Below, piece by piece: positions 25,547 to 33,960 of a stretch of 33,960 nt of DNA. Positions within the stretch are counted from its first letter, which is position 1. The number at the start of each line of letters is the position of its first letter. The translations under genes and the position numbers were made by a program. Under the pieces are notes generated by a model. It was not told the DNA's origin, did no database searches, and saw nothing but the letters and a program-made list of their open reading frames with translations. Location: the NCBI GenBank assembly GCA_024645305.1, contig JAHEFU010000002.1:1-33960 (forward strand), in the 5' to 3' direction. Origin of the DNA: Planctomycetales bacterium. Its GTDB lineage: Bacteria; 4484-113; JAFGCY01.

Positions 25547-26452
25547 ATGGGGATGACCGGGAAAACAGGCCCTCAGCACTTCGCAGCCAGGCTGTCCGTT
25601 GTGCTGTTCGCCGTCCTGCAGGTGTCATGTTCCCCCTCCGGCGGGACTGCGCAGGGCTGGCCCGGCATCAATGACACGGCCCGCGTCAACTTCAGCGCGG
25701 CCTATTCGGCGGTCTCCCGCTTCAATGACATCCGCCGCGAAGTAGGCGTGCAGACAGTTGGCCTGGATTATGACCTGTCCCGTGGCTGCCAGCTGCACGC
25801 GGACTACCTGAAGGCCAATACCGTCAGCCTCGGACTGGTTGGCCTGGATGCACACCATGAGGATGAGGCCAGGCCCCTGTACACGGAAGAGGGGGCCAGC
25901 GCCGGCGCAGCCAGCATCATCTATGAAGGAGTTGCCCCCGTGGACGCCGTGGACCGCTGGATGCGCACCTTTTACCACCGCATCGGACTGCTGGACCCAA
26001 ACCTGCATTACGTCGGATACGGCAGCAGTGGCAGCTACCAGGTGATGAATGCCCTGCATGGGCGGATCCGTGGTGAATTCAGCGCACCGTACACGGTGCT
26101 CTACCCGCAGCCCGGGGCGCAGGAAATCATTGGTCACTTCGAGAATGAGATTCCCTGGCCGGTACCCGGCGATGACAGCCTGGGGATTCCGATCACAGTC
26201 GAATTCTTCGGCCCCGGGAGCTACGAGCTGGATGCCGTCGAGGGCTGGCTGCAGGATCTGAGCACGCACAGCCTGGTTCCCACGTACCTGCAGTACCCGG
26301 GCAAGCCGCTGCTGGCGGACTGGGACCTGCCGGGGGTGATTGCCCTGATCCCGGTGGATCCGCTGGAGGGCGGCCATCGTTACAGGGTGCATGTTTCAGC
26401 ATTGCTCAACCGGGAACCATGGAAACAGAGCTGGGACTTCAGTACACACTGA
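25547..26452 (+). CDS. CAP/SCP-like domain lipoprotein (tentative)
   Basis: Lipobox-like LQVS-C-SPSGG. FNDIRREVGVQTVGLDYDLSRGCQLHADYL resembles the N-terminal motif of bacterial CAP (YkwD-like) domains. Confidence 0.6.
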   Translation: MGMTGKTGPQHFAARLSVVLFAVLQVSCSPSGGTAQGWPGINDTARVNFSAAYSAVSRFNDIRREVGVQTVGLDYDLSRGCQLHADYLKANTVSLGLVGLDAHHEDEARPLYTEEGASAGAASIIYEGVAPVDAVDRWMRTFYHRIGLLDPNLHYVGYGSSGSYQVMNALHGRIRGEFSAPYTVLYPQPGAQEIIGHFENEIPWPVPGDDSLGIPITVEFFGPGSYELDAVEGWLQDLSTHSLVPTYLQYPGKPLLADWDLPGVIALIPVDPLEGGHRYRVHVSALLNREPWKQSWDFSTH

Positions 26453-26523
26453 GCAATTCCAGCGCTGCTGCCTGGAAGCGAACCGGCCAGCCGGGAGCCG
26501 AAATAGGCTAAAATTGCAGACTG

Positions 26524-27543
26524 GTGGCCAGATCCCGTAAATCACAGGCACAGAAGATCGTGAACTTCGGCTGCGCGCTGGCGATCGTGGTCGTGCTGGG
26601 AGTGATCGGATACTTCGTCTGGGATATCTTCCGCAACTTCGATTCCGACTTCCTCAGCAGCGGTGAAGTTTCGAATGTGCCTGCGATTGTGGGGATGAGC
26701 GAGGATGATGCCCTGGAGGCCCTGCGCAGCGCCGGCTTCAGGCCGGAGAGGCGGGAAAGCGTAATCAGTGAGGACGTGGCCAAGGGCCTCGTGTTCCGCC
26801 AGGACCCGGAAGGCGGCCATCGCAAGAAACAGGGCAGCCAGGTGCGCTACTACCTCAGCCTCGGCAATCCACGCTTCGTGGTGCCGGACCTGGAAGGCCG
26901 GGACATTGCGGAAGCCACCGCGCTGCTGGATGAGGCCGGGATGCAGATCGGCCGGATTGAACGAATCTACATGCCTGCCCTGAAGGACCGGACGGTGATC
27001 AGCCAGGATCCTGTGAAGGGCAAGGAATTCCCGGGGCCGGTTTCCATCGACCTGCGTGTGGCCGACAGCCGCGACCTGCCGCAGATCAGCATGCCTGACC
27101 TCGCCGGCAAGCCACTGCGCAGCGCGGAGGAGATGCTGGTCCGCAGCAACCTGCACCTGCGGCAGGTGGACTACGTGGCGAATGACAACGTTGCCAGCGG
27201 CACGGTGCTCAGCCAGAACGTGGCAGCCGGGCAGAGCGTGCAGCTCGGCAACAGCGTGGCCCTGACAGTCGCAGCTCCGGAGGCGGTGATCTCCAGCTGG
27301 ACGCGCACCATCACAGTGCGAGTGCCCGTCACCGGCGGGCCGCGCATGCAGCAGGTCAAGATCAAGGTCTTCGACCAGATCGCCCAGAACACGATCGTGT
27401 ACGATGAGATGCATGAAAGCGGCAGCTTCGTTGACAAGCGGATCCCCCTCGAGGGCAAGGCCACGGTGATGATCTACATCCAGGACATGGAGACGGCCTA
27501 CCGGGAGGAGCGGATCCCCTATGCATCCGAGGAGGACGCATGA
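26524..27543 (+). CDS. membrane-anchored PASTA-repeat protein lacking a kinase or PBP domain
   Basis: Short basic N-terminus, one TM helix, then three PASTA-like repeats (VPAIVGMSEDDALEALRSAGF.., VPDLEGRDIAEATALLDEAGM.., MPDLAGKPLRSAEEMLVRSNL..) and a C-terminal domain of about 95 aa. GTG start. The stop overlaps the rpe start (ATGA). Confidence 0.8.
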   Translation: MARSRKSQAQKIVNFGCALAIVVVLGVIGYFVWDIFRNFDSDFLSSGEVSNVPAIVGMSEDDALEALRSAGFRPERRESVISEDVAKGLVFRQDPEGGHRKKQGSQVRYYLSLGNPRFVVPDLEGRDIAEATALLDEAGMQIGRIERIYMPALKDRTVISQDPVKGKEFPGPVSIDLRVADSRDLPQISMPDLAGKPLRSAEEMLVRSNLHLRQVDYVANDNVASGTVLSQNVAAGQSVQLGNSVALTVAAPEAVISSWTRTITVRVPVTGGPRMQQVKIKVFDQIAQNTIVYDEMHESGSFVDKRIPLEGKATVMIYIQDMETAYREERIPYASEEDA

Positions 27544-28190
27544 AGATCGCACCATCCGTACTGGCCTGTGACCTGTCTGACATCAGGAGCGGCCTGAAGG
27601 AAATGGCCTACAGCGGCTGTGACATGGTCCACTGGGATGTGATGGACGGGCACTTCGTGCCCAACCTGACCTTTGGCCCGGGCACGGTGCGCTGGGCCCG
27701 CAACCACAGCGAGCTGCCCTTCGATGTGCACCTGATGGTGACGGACCCGATGCAGTACCTGCCGCTGCTCACGGACGTCGGAGTGGAGATGGTCAGCTTC
27801 CAGATCGAGGCCACGAGCTTTGCGCCGCGGCTGATCTCACTGATGCGCGAACTGGATTTCAAGCCCAGCGTGGCCATCAACCCGCAGACCTCCCTCGTGG
27901 CGGTCGAGGAGATCCTCGACCTCGTTGACAACGTGCTTGTGATGAGCGTTGACCCGGGCTTCGGCGGGCAGGAATTCATGTCCTCCACCTTCGCCAAGCT
28001 GGAGAAGCTCGTGGAGTACCGTGAGTCACAGAATCTCGTGTTCAGCATCCAGGTGGACGGCGGGGTCAACCTCAACAATGCAAATGAGCTGGCGGCCACC
28101 GGTGTTGACATCGTGGTCACCGGCAGTTCATTCTTCCGGGCGGAAGACCGCCCGGCCTTCGTGCGCAAGATCCGCGGCATGGATCGCTAG
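27540..28190 (+). CDS. rpe: ribulose-phosphate 3-epimerase
   Basis: [48 protein letters not shown]. Confidence 0.93.
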   Translation: MKIAPSVLACDLSDIRSGLKEMAYSGCDMVHWDVMDGHFVPNLTFGPGTVRWARNHSELPFDVHLMVTDPMQYLPLLTDVGVEMVSFQIEATSFAPRLISLMRELDFKPSVAINPQTSLVAVEEILDLVDNVLVMSVDPGFGGQEFMSSTFAKLEKLVEYRESQNLVFSIQVDGGVNLNNANELAATGVDIVVTGSSFFRAEDRPAFVRKIRGMDR

Positions 28191-28207
28191 CACCACCAGG
28201 AGATCCG

Positions 28208-29425
28208 ATGGCGGAACACATGTTCACAAGCGAGAGCGTCACCGAGGGGCATCCCGACAAGGTCTGCGACCGCATCAGCGATGCGATCCTCGACGACATC
28301 CTCGCCAATGACCCCGCGGCCCGCGTGGCCTGCGAGACCTGTACCAACACCGGGTTCATCCTGGTGATGGGCGAGATCAGCACGACGCATTATGCCAACG
28401 TGCAGGAGATCGCCCGCCGCACGATCCAGGAGATCGGCTACAACGAGACAAACGGCCTGAGCAGCGAGCAGTGTGCCGTGCTGGTCAGCCTGGACGAGCA
28501 GAGCCCGGATATCGCAATGGGTGTCAACAGCAGTCAGGAGGCACGCGAGGGCAGCAGCGACCCGCTGGATGCCACGGGGGCCGGCGACCAGGGGATGATG
28601 TTCGGCTATGCCTCGACGGAGAGCGAGCGCCTGGCTCCCGGCAGCTTCATGCCGCTGCCGATCCAACTGGCCCACGGGCTGGCCCGCCGGCTGGCGGAGC
28701 TGCGGCATGCCGAGCCGGATGCGGGGCTGCGGCCTGACGGCAAGACCCAGGTCAGTGCACGCTATGACGGGCAGCGCTTCATCGGCGTTGATACCATCGT
28801 TGTCAGCAGCCAGCACGAGCCCTGGCTGGAGATGCGGGAACTGGACAGAATGGTGCGTGAGCAGGTGATCGGCAGCGTGCTGCCCACCGAGCTGACCCTG
28901 CCGAAGATGGAGCTGCTTGTCAACCCGACCGGCAAGTTCGTGATCGGCGGACCGCAGGGTGACAGCGGCCTGACCGGGCGCAAGATCATCGTGGATACCT
29001 ATGGCGGAACGGCGCGGCACGGCGGCGGCGCCTTCAGCGGCAAGGATCCCACCAAGGTGGACCGTTCGGCCAGCTATTATGCGCGCTACGTTGCCAAGAA
29101 CCTCGTGGCGGCGGGCGTGGCTGAGCGGCTGGAGCTTCAGGTGAGCTATGCTATCGGCATCGCACATCCGACCAGCCTTGCCGTGGACTGCTTCGGCACG
29201 GAGACCGTCCCGCTGGAACGCATCCAGGCGCTGCTGGACTCTCGGGACATCTTCGACTTCCGCCCGCTGGCGATCATCGACGCCCTGCAGCTGCGCCACA
29301 CGCGCTACAGCCCGGTGGCGGCATATGGGCACTTCGGACGCACGGACCTGGACCTGAGCTGGGAACGCCTCGACATGGTTGATGCGGTCTGCCAGGCCCT
29401 GGGCAGCCGCCGCATTACTGCGTGA
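28208..29425 (+). CDS. metK: S-adenosylmethionine synthetase
   Basis: [61 protein letters not shown]. Confidence 0.95.
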   Translation: MAEHMFTSESVTEGHPDKVCDRISDAILDDILANDPAARVACETCTNTGFILVMGEISTTHYANVQEIARRTIQEIGYNETNGLSSEQCAVLVSLDEQSPDIAMGVNSSQEAREGSSDPLDATGAGDQGMMFGYASTESERLAPGSFMPLPIQLAHGLARRLAELRHAEPDAGLRPDGKTQVSARYDGQRFIGVDTIVVSSQHEPWLEMRELDRMVREQVIGSVLPTELTLPKMELLVNPTGKFVIGGPQGDSGLTGRKIIVDTYGGTARHGGGAFSGKDPTKVDRSASYYARYVAKNLVAAGVAERLELQVSYAIGIAHPTSLAVDCFGTETVPLERIQALLDSRDIFDFRPLAIIDALQLRHTRYSPVAAYGHFGRTDLDLSWERLDMVDAVCQALGSRRITA

Positions 29426-32400
29426 CGACCAGCGAGTCTCCCTCGATCTCCTGTTCCAGCGAGAGGCTGCCGTCGGCCCATGTGATTTCCACGGCTGCCA
29501 CGGTCTTCGCCTCCGGCACGCGGAACAGCTGCGGGCCCACGTAGCTGGACAGGTAGCCCTGGCCGGCCTGCACGTGGCGGAACTGCTTGCTGCCGTCACT
29601 GAAGGCCAGCATGATCATCGCCCCGCTGCCGAAGCTGTTGCCGGACTTGCCCTGCAGCTGGACAGTGAAGCTGCCGGCCCAGTCGCCGGTGCAGTCCAGC
29701 TGCTTGGCCTTGCCGTTGCTGACGCTCACGAGCATCTCGGACTGTCCGTCGCCATCAATGTCACAGGGAACCACGCCGCGGGCATCCTCATGGATGTTGA
29801 CACCGGCTAACGGCATGTCCAGCAGGCTCCAGTTGCCATCTTCCTGCAGCAGGATGCTGGAGTAGCCGAGGTTCCAGCGCCCGGTCTCTGGCTGGGTGTA
29901 GCGGTAGTTCTCCGCAAGGAACAGGTCCTTGTCCCCGTCGCCGTCCAGGTCCTCTGCTAGGATGCCGTAGACCGGTGAGAGCTGTGCCATCACGGGCAGA
30001 GGCTGTGCACTGAAGCCGCCGCTGCCGTCGGACATGAACACGGTGTGGTGCAGGTCCACGGCCTCGTACTTCTCAGGCAGCTGTGACGGATCACCGTAGA
30101 TGTCCTCGAAGCTGGCGTTGGCAAAGTCATCCCACTTGGGGAAACGCTCCGTGATCGAGGGCATCGCATAACCGCTGCAGGAGCGGCCGCGGCCGGGGAG
30201 AAATCCTCCGTCACTCCTGTTCTTGGCCTCGATCAGGTCGCGGTCGCCGTCACCCTCCATGTCCCCGGCGAACATCGTATAGGGCTTCTCCGCGCTGGGA
30301 TGGTACTTGGTGTTCTGGCCCCAGTTGCCGGCGATGATGTCAATGTTGCCATCCTCGTTGAGATCCGCGAGGCACAGCGACTGCCACATCCCGCTGGCAC
30401 TCAGGGGCTGCTTCGCGCCGAAGCTGCCGCCCGTGTTGGCCAGCCAGCTGACCATACCGAACTCTTCGCAGATCACCAGGTCCGGGTCGTTGTCATGGTC
30501 CATGTCGGCGAACTGCGCGTCGCTGATGCAGCCCGATACGGGACTGCCGCCGCTGAAGTCATGCACGCTGAAGCCACCTGCACCGTCGTTGCGCAGGAAC
30601 ACACTCGTCGCCGGCAGGGCGAAGCGGTGCGGCACCTGGCGGCGGGCCACGAACAGGTCCTGGTCACCATCGCCGTCAATGTCCGCGCTGCAGACGGCGC
30701 CGCTGCTGAAGTTCGTGCCCGGCACGCTGCTGCTTTCGAAGCCCGCCTCGGTGTTCAGTACGATCACGTCGTCATACAGTTCGGATTCCGGGTAGGCTTC
30801 CATTGAACCGTTGGAGATGTAGAGGTCCGGGCGTTCGTCACCGTTGGCATCGAACCACAGTACACTCATTTCCTCGCGGTCGCGCATGTTGGTATCGGCC
30901 ATGGCGCTGCTGCTTTCCAGCCCGCCGTTGCCGTCATTGAGTTTCAGCCGCCCGCTCTGGCCGGCTGCTCCGGCGAAGTAGACGTCGAGGTCGCCGTCCA
31001 GGTCGGCATCAGCCACACCCAGCCCGCCGCCAAGGTAGCTGCGCATGATCGGCAGCAGGGGCTCCGCACGGAATTCCTCCTTGTCGGTGTCGCGTTCCTC
31101 GCGGGTGAAGTCCAGGTCAGCCTGGGCGAACATGCTGTCATATTCCACGGGCTCGAAGCGTTGCAGATCCGGCCGGCGGCGGATGTTCCACAGGCGGTTG
31201 GCGGCCAGCTCAGTCTCCTGCTGCACGAAGCCGTCGGGCCAGCGGATCTCGAGCCTGTCTATCGTCGTCGCATCACCGAGGCCGAGGTGCACCCGTGGGC
31301 TGATACCGCTGCCGATGCCGCGGCCGATGTTGAGCAGGCCGGTATGGGCAGTGTCACCGCACCAGGCGGTGATCCGGCTGCCGACCCCGGCGGGATTGGC
31401 TCCGTCCTGACTGAGCGTGAACACTGCTTTGTTGCCACAGTCCAGGCCGTTGCGCCAGACCTGCAGTTCGCCGTTGGTCTGGTTGGCAATAATATCCAGG
31501 TCGCCGTCCCCGTCAATGTCGTCAATCAGCGCGCCCGTGTCCAGCGTGCTGCCGTTCAGGCCCCAGTTGCCGGAGGCCCTGTGGTAGTCCATGTACTCGT
31601 CGGCCGTGAAGATCACGTCCTCCGCAGGGGCGCTGCCCTGCTGCTGCATGTACTGCTTGATGGCTGCACCGCCCTCGCTCTCACCGATGCGCTTGATCTC
31701 GTTTTGGTAGTCCACGTTCATGGCCGTCATCGTCAGGTAGCCGTTGGCAACGAACAGCTCGGGAATCCCGCTGCAGTCCAGGTCCGCGATCCGCGCTGAC
31801 CATGACCACTCGCTGGCCTTGACCCCGGCCAGTGAGGAGATGTCGGTCATCCAGCCCGCACCGCGGTTGAGCTGCAGCATGTTGTGCATCATCTGCTGGG
31901 GTTCACTGCTGACCAGCACATCGCGGAAGTCGTACATGTCGCCGCTCATCAGCTTGCTATCCTTGTATCCGCTGGGCAGCATGTCCAGGCAGAACAGGTC
32001 GATGCGGCCATCGCCGTTGATGTCCCCTGCATCGCAGCCCATCGAGAACCACGGGGTCCGGCGCAGCATGCTGGCAGCCTGGTCCGTGAATGTACCGTCG
32101 CCGTTGCTGATGTAGTAGCGGTCATTGGTGGAATAGTCGCTGCTGACGAACAGGTCGGTGTAGCCGTCGTCATTGAAGTCCGCCGGCATGGCCTGCCAGC
32201 TCCAGCTCAGGCCGTCAATCCCGGCTGCGCTGGTCCCGTCGCTGAAGTTGCCGATGCCGTCATTGATAAGCAGCTGGTCCAGGGCCGGCTTGATCGTCAC
32301 CTTGTCGGCACTGACACCCTGGCGGTTCATCGCATCATCGATGGTCTCCCGCGGGTCAAAGCTGTGCGAACATACATACAGGTCCAGGTCGCCGTCGGGC

Positions 32401-33011
32401 TCCACGTCAAAGGCGGCGATGCTGGATGTGGCATTGGTGGCAGTCGTGCCGCGCTGCGCGGCCTCATCCGTGAAACGGCCGCGGCCGTCGTTGATGTAGA
32501 GCCGGTCGTCCGCCCCACGTACACCGAGATAGAGGTCCTGGTCGCCGTCGCCCTCCACGTCCACGAACAGCACGCCGAAGGTCTCATGGCCGCTGACGGC
32601 AAGGTCCTCTCCGGACTCGGTCGTGGCATCGCGGAAGCGGAAGCCGCCCTCGCCGATGTAAAGCTTGTTGTCACTTTCCATCCCGGCGAGGAACAGGTCC
32701 ATGATCCCGTCGCCGTTGACATCACCGCAGGCCAGGCCGGCCTGGCTGGCGCGGTCCTCGGCGATGAAGTCGATATGGTCAGCCCGGTTGTCAAACTCGA
32801 TACCGGTGTCCGCGCTGGCCAGCCTCTCGAACTGGCCACCGGCTGCCCCGCCCTCGCTGAACTCCGTGTAACTGAGGAAATCATCCACAGCGTTCCCGGC
32901 AGTGGTCTGGGTCTTGGTGTTCTGCGTATTGCCGCCCTTGCCGCAGGAATTCAGTACCCCGCAGGCCAGCAGCAGTAAGGTGGCCATGATGATGGTGCTT
33001 CTGCTAGACAT
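29415..33011 (-). CDS. FG-GAP/VCBS repeat plus ASPIC/UnbV (CRTAC1-like) lipoprotein, tandem module duplication
   Basis: Lipobox VLNS-C-GKGG. Many FG-GAP calcium-loop repeats ([98 protein letters not shown]). Two UnbV/ASPIC-like ends ([16 protein letters not shown] and [18 protein letters not shown]). Start set to ATG 33011 (GAGAGG RBS) rather than the ORF-track 33092. Confidence 0.88.
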   Translation of the reverse strand: MSSRSTIIMATLLLLACGVLNSCGKGGNTQNTKTQTTAGNAVDDFLSYTEFSEGGAAGGQFERLASADTGIEFDNRADHIDFIAEDRASQAGLACGDVNGDGIMDLFLAGMESDNKLYIGEGGFRFRDATTESGEDLAVSGHETFGVLFVDVEGDGDQDLYLGVRGADDRLYINDGRGRFTDEAAQRGTTATNATSSIAAFDVEPDGDLDLYVCSHSFDPRETIDDAMNRQGVSADKVTIKPALDQLLINDGIGNFSDGTSAAGIDGLSWSWQAMPADFNDDGYTDLFVSSDYSTNDRYYISNGDGTFTDQAASMLRRTPWFSMGCDAGDINGDGRIDLFCLDMLPSGYKDSKLMSGDMYDFRDVLVSSEPQQMMHNMLQLNRGAGWMTDISSLAGVKASEWSWSARIADLDCSGIPELFVANGYLTMTAMNVDYQNEIKRIGESEGGAAIKQYMQQQGSAPAEDVIFTADEYMDYHRASGNWGLNGSTLDTGALIDDIDGDGDLDIIANQTNGELQVWRNGLDCGNKAVFTLSQDGANPAGVGSRITAWCGDTAHTGLLNIGRGIGSGISPRVHLGLGDATTIDRLEIRWPDGFVQQETELAANRLWNIRRRPDLQRFEPVEYDSMFAQADLDFTREERDTDKEEFRAEPLLPIMRSYLGGGLGVADADLDGDLDVYFAGAAGQSGRLKLNDGNGGLESSSAMADTNMRDREEMSVLWFDANGDERPDLYISNGSMEAYPESELYDDVIVLNTEAGFESSSVPGTNFSSGAVCSADIDGDGDQDLFVARRQVPHRFALPATSVFLRNDGAGGFSVHDFSGGSPVSGCISDAQFADMDHDNDPDLVICEEFGMVSWLANTGGSFGAKQPLSASGMWQSLCLADLNEDGNIDIIAGNWGQNTKYHPSAEKPYTMFAGDMEGDGDRDLIEAKNRSDGGFLPGRGRSCSGYAMPSITERFPKWDDFANASFEDIYGDPSQLPEKYEAVDLHHTVFMSDGSGGFSAQPLPVMAQLSPVYGILAEDLDGDGDKDLFLAENYRYTQPETGRWNLGYSSILLQEDGNWSLLDMPLAGVNIHEDARGVVPCDIDGDGQSEMLVSVSNGKAKQLDCTGDWAGSFTVQLQGKSGNSFGSGAMIMLAFSDGSKQFRHVQAGQGYLSSYVGPQLFRVPEAKTVAAVEITWADGSLSLEQEIEGDSLVVTQ

Positions 33012-33109
33012 AATCCCGCCTCTCAATACTTGAGATATTTCAGCGATCTGATTATAGCCCCGTCGCTTGGGGCATGCAGGATCGCGGCGCATTCGTTACT
33101 GAGTTTCAG

Positions 33110-33960
33110 TTATCGAGACAGGCTCTCAAGCAGGGCCAGCAGCGCCCGGGGCAGGCCCTCTGACAGCCAGCCCAGCCGGCTGCGCTCCTGACCGGTATGT
33201 GCTCCCTGGCCGTATGGACCGATATTCAGCACGGGGCAGGCCAGGGCCTGCAGCATCTCGATATCCGGCGGCAGCTGGTCCAGGGGACTGTGCTGTTCCA
33301 GCAGTGAGGGGACGCCGGACTGCCAGGCGAAGGCACTCATGTCGGATATATAGGGATAGACATGCAGGTGCGCCAGTCCCTGCTCTCCACAGATTTTGCG
33401 CATGACCGCAATGCGCCCGGGGTCGTTCTCGATGCGGCAGGGGTACCAGGGATGCAGCAGGCTGGCAACCACGATGGCCCGTCCCTGGGGCAGGCGGGCG
33501 GCCAGCCAGTTGACAACCTCGATACCGCGCTGGCGCTCATCCTCATGGCTGGTAGCACTGCGGGCCTCACTGAGCAGCTCCTGCGGATCTCGCCCGCTGT
33601 GCGCCGCTGCCCGCTCCAGCATAGTGCCGAAATCAATCAGCTCAGGCGGACGGCTGTCCCGCTGGGGCCGGATGTCGGCGCGGGCCACAAAGCGGTTGTA
33701 GCGCCTGCGCATCTGCGAGTCATAGCGTTTCAGCAGGCGGCGCAGCTCGTGCAGGGTCTCGCGCCAGAGCTTTGCATGGTCCTGTTCAATGTTGAACACG
33801 TTGGCATACAGCGAAGCGCTCTCCACGGTCATCACGTCATAACGCCGCCGGCGGTCCGCCAGGTGCAGCACCGTGGGCGGAGGCAGCCATTCGCCGCGGT
33901 GGCCCTGCAGGAACTTGCGGTCATGCTCGACAGCGTAGGCCAGGTAGCCCGCCACTGCGG
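33110..33960 (-). CDS. hypothetical protein, possibly M20/RocB-like peptidase family, N-terminus outside window
   Basis: The frame is still open at the window edge. The C-terminal NIGPYGQGAHTGQERSRL resembles the GPxGxxAH..ER motif of RocB-like M20 proteins. The family call is tentative. Confidence 0.5.
   Translation of the reverse strand, partial: AVAGYLAYAVEHDRKFLQGHRGEWLPPPTVLHLADRRRRYDVMTVESASLYANVFNIEQDHAKLWRETLHELRRLLKRYDSQMRRRYNRFVARADIRPQRDSRPPELIDFGTMLERAAAHSGRDPQELLSEARSATSHEDERQRGIEVVNWLAARLPQGRAIVVASLLHPWYPCRIENDPGRIAVMRKICGEQGLAHLHVYPYISDMSAFAWQSGVPSLLEQHSPLDQLPPDIEMLQALACPVLNIGPYGQGAHTGQERSRLGWLSEGLPRALLALLESLSR

Noticed and set aside
33012-33092. Upstream start (ORF track 33092) for the FG-GAP protein, adding MRRDPACPKRRGYNQIAEISQVLRGGI.
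   Set aside because: The extension precedes the signal peptide and contains the GAGAGG RBS for ATG 33011. Lipoprotein signal peptides normally start at the N-terminus.

Overview
GC-rich chromosomal segment, probably from an uncultivated bacterium. All product calls come from motifs read by eye; no search was run. Housekeeping genes (nadA, clpP, pheS, gyrA, rpe, metK) alternate with large secreted proteins and lipoproteins: a 1323-aa dockerin/PKD/BNR-like lipoprotein, a roughly 1200-aa FG-GAP/ASPIC protein, Fn3/CarboxypepD_reg, YkuD, CAP-like and PASTA-only proteins. There is also a MocR-type regulator, an ICMT-family methyltransferase and a DUF389 membrane protein. I found no rRNA, tRNA, CRISPR array, transposase, integrase or recognisable defence genes. 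The many long ORFs antisense to real genes look like GC-rich shadow frames. The most unusual locus is about 0.5 kb of ORF-free, densely helix-forming sequence (4686-5248) between the convergent ends of nadA and a small double zinc-ribbon ORF. It has a near-consensus promoter facing in, and I read it as a large structured ncRNA of unresolved class and strand; a divergent rnpB is not excluded. Other points of interest: a candidate small RNA or attenuator with a UCCC-rich loop upstream of the methyltransferase gene, a perfect 10-5-10 palindrome over the nadA promoter, a long archaeal/eukaryal-type PheS, a PASTA-only protein overlapping rpe, and a 22-mer terminator hairpin reused at two unlinked genes. 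Nothing here is a demonstrably new protein system.
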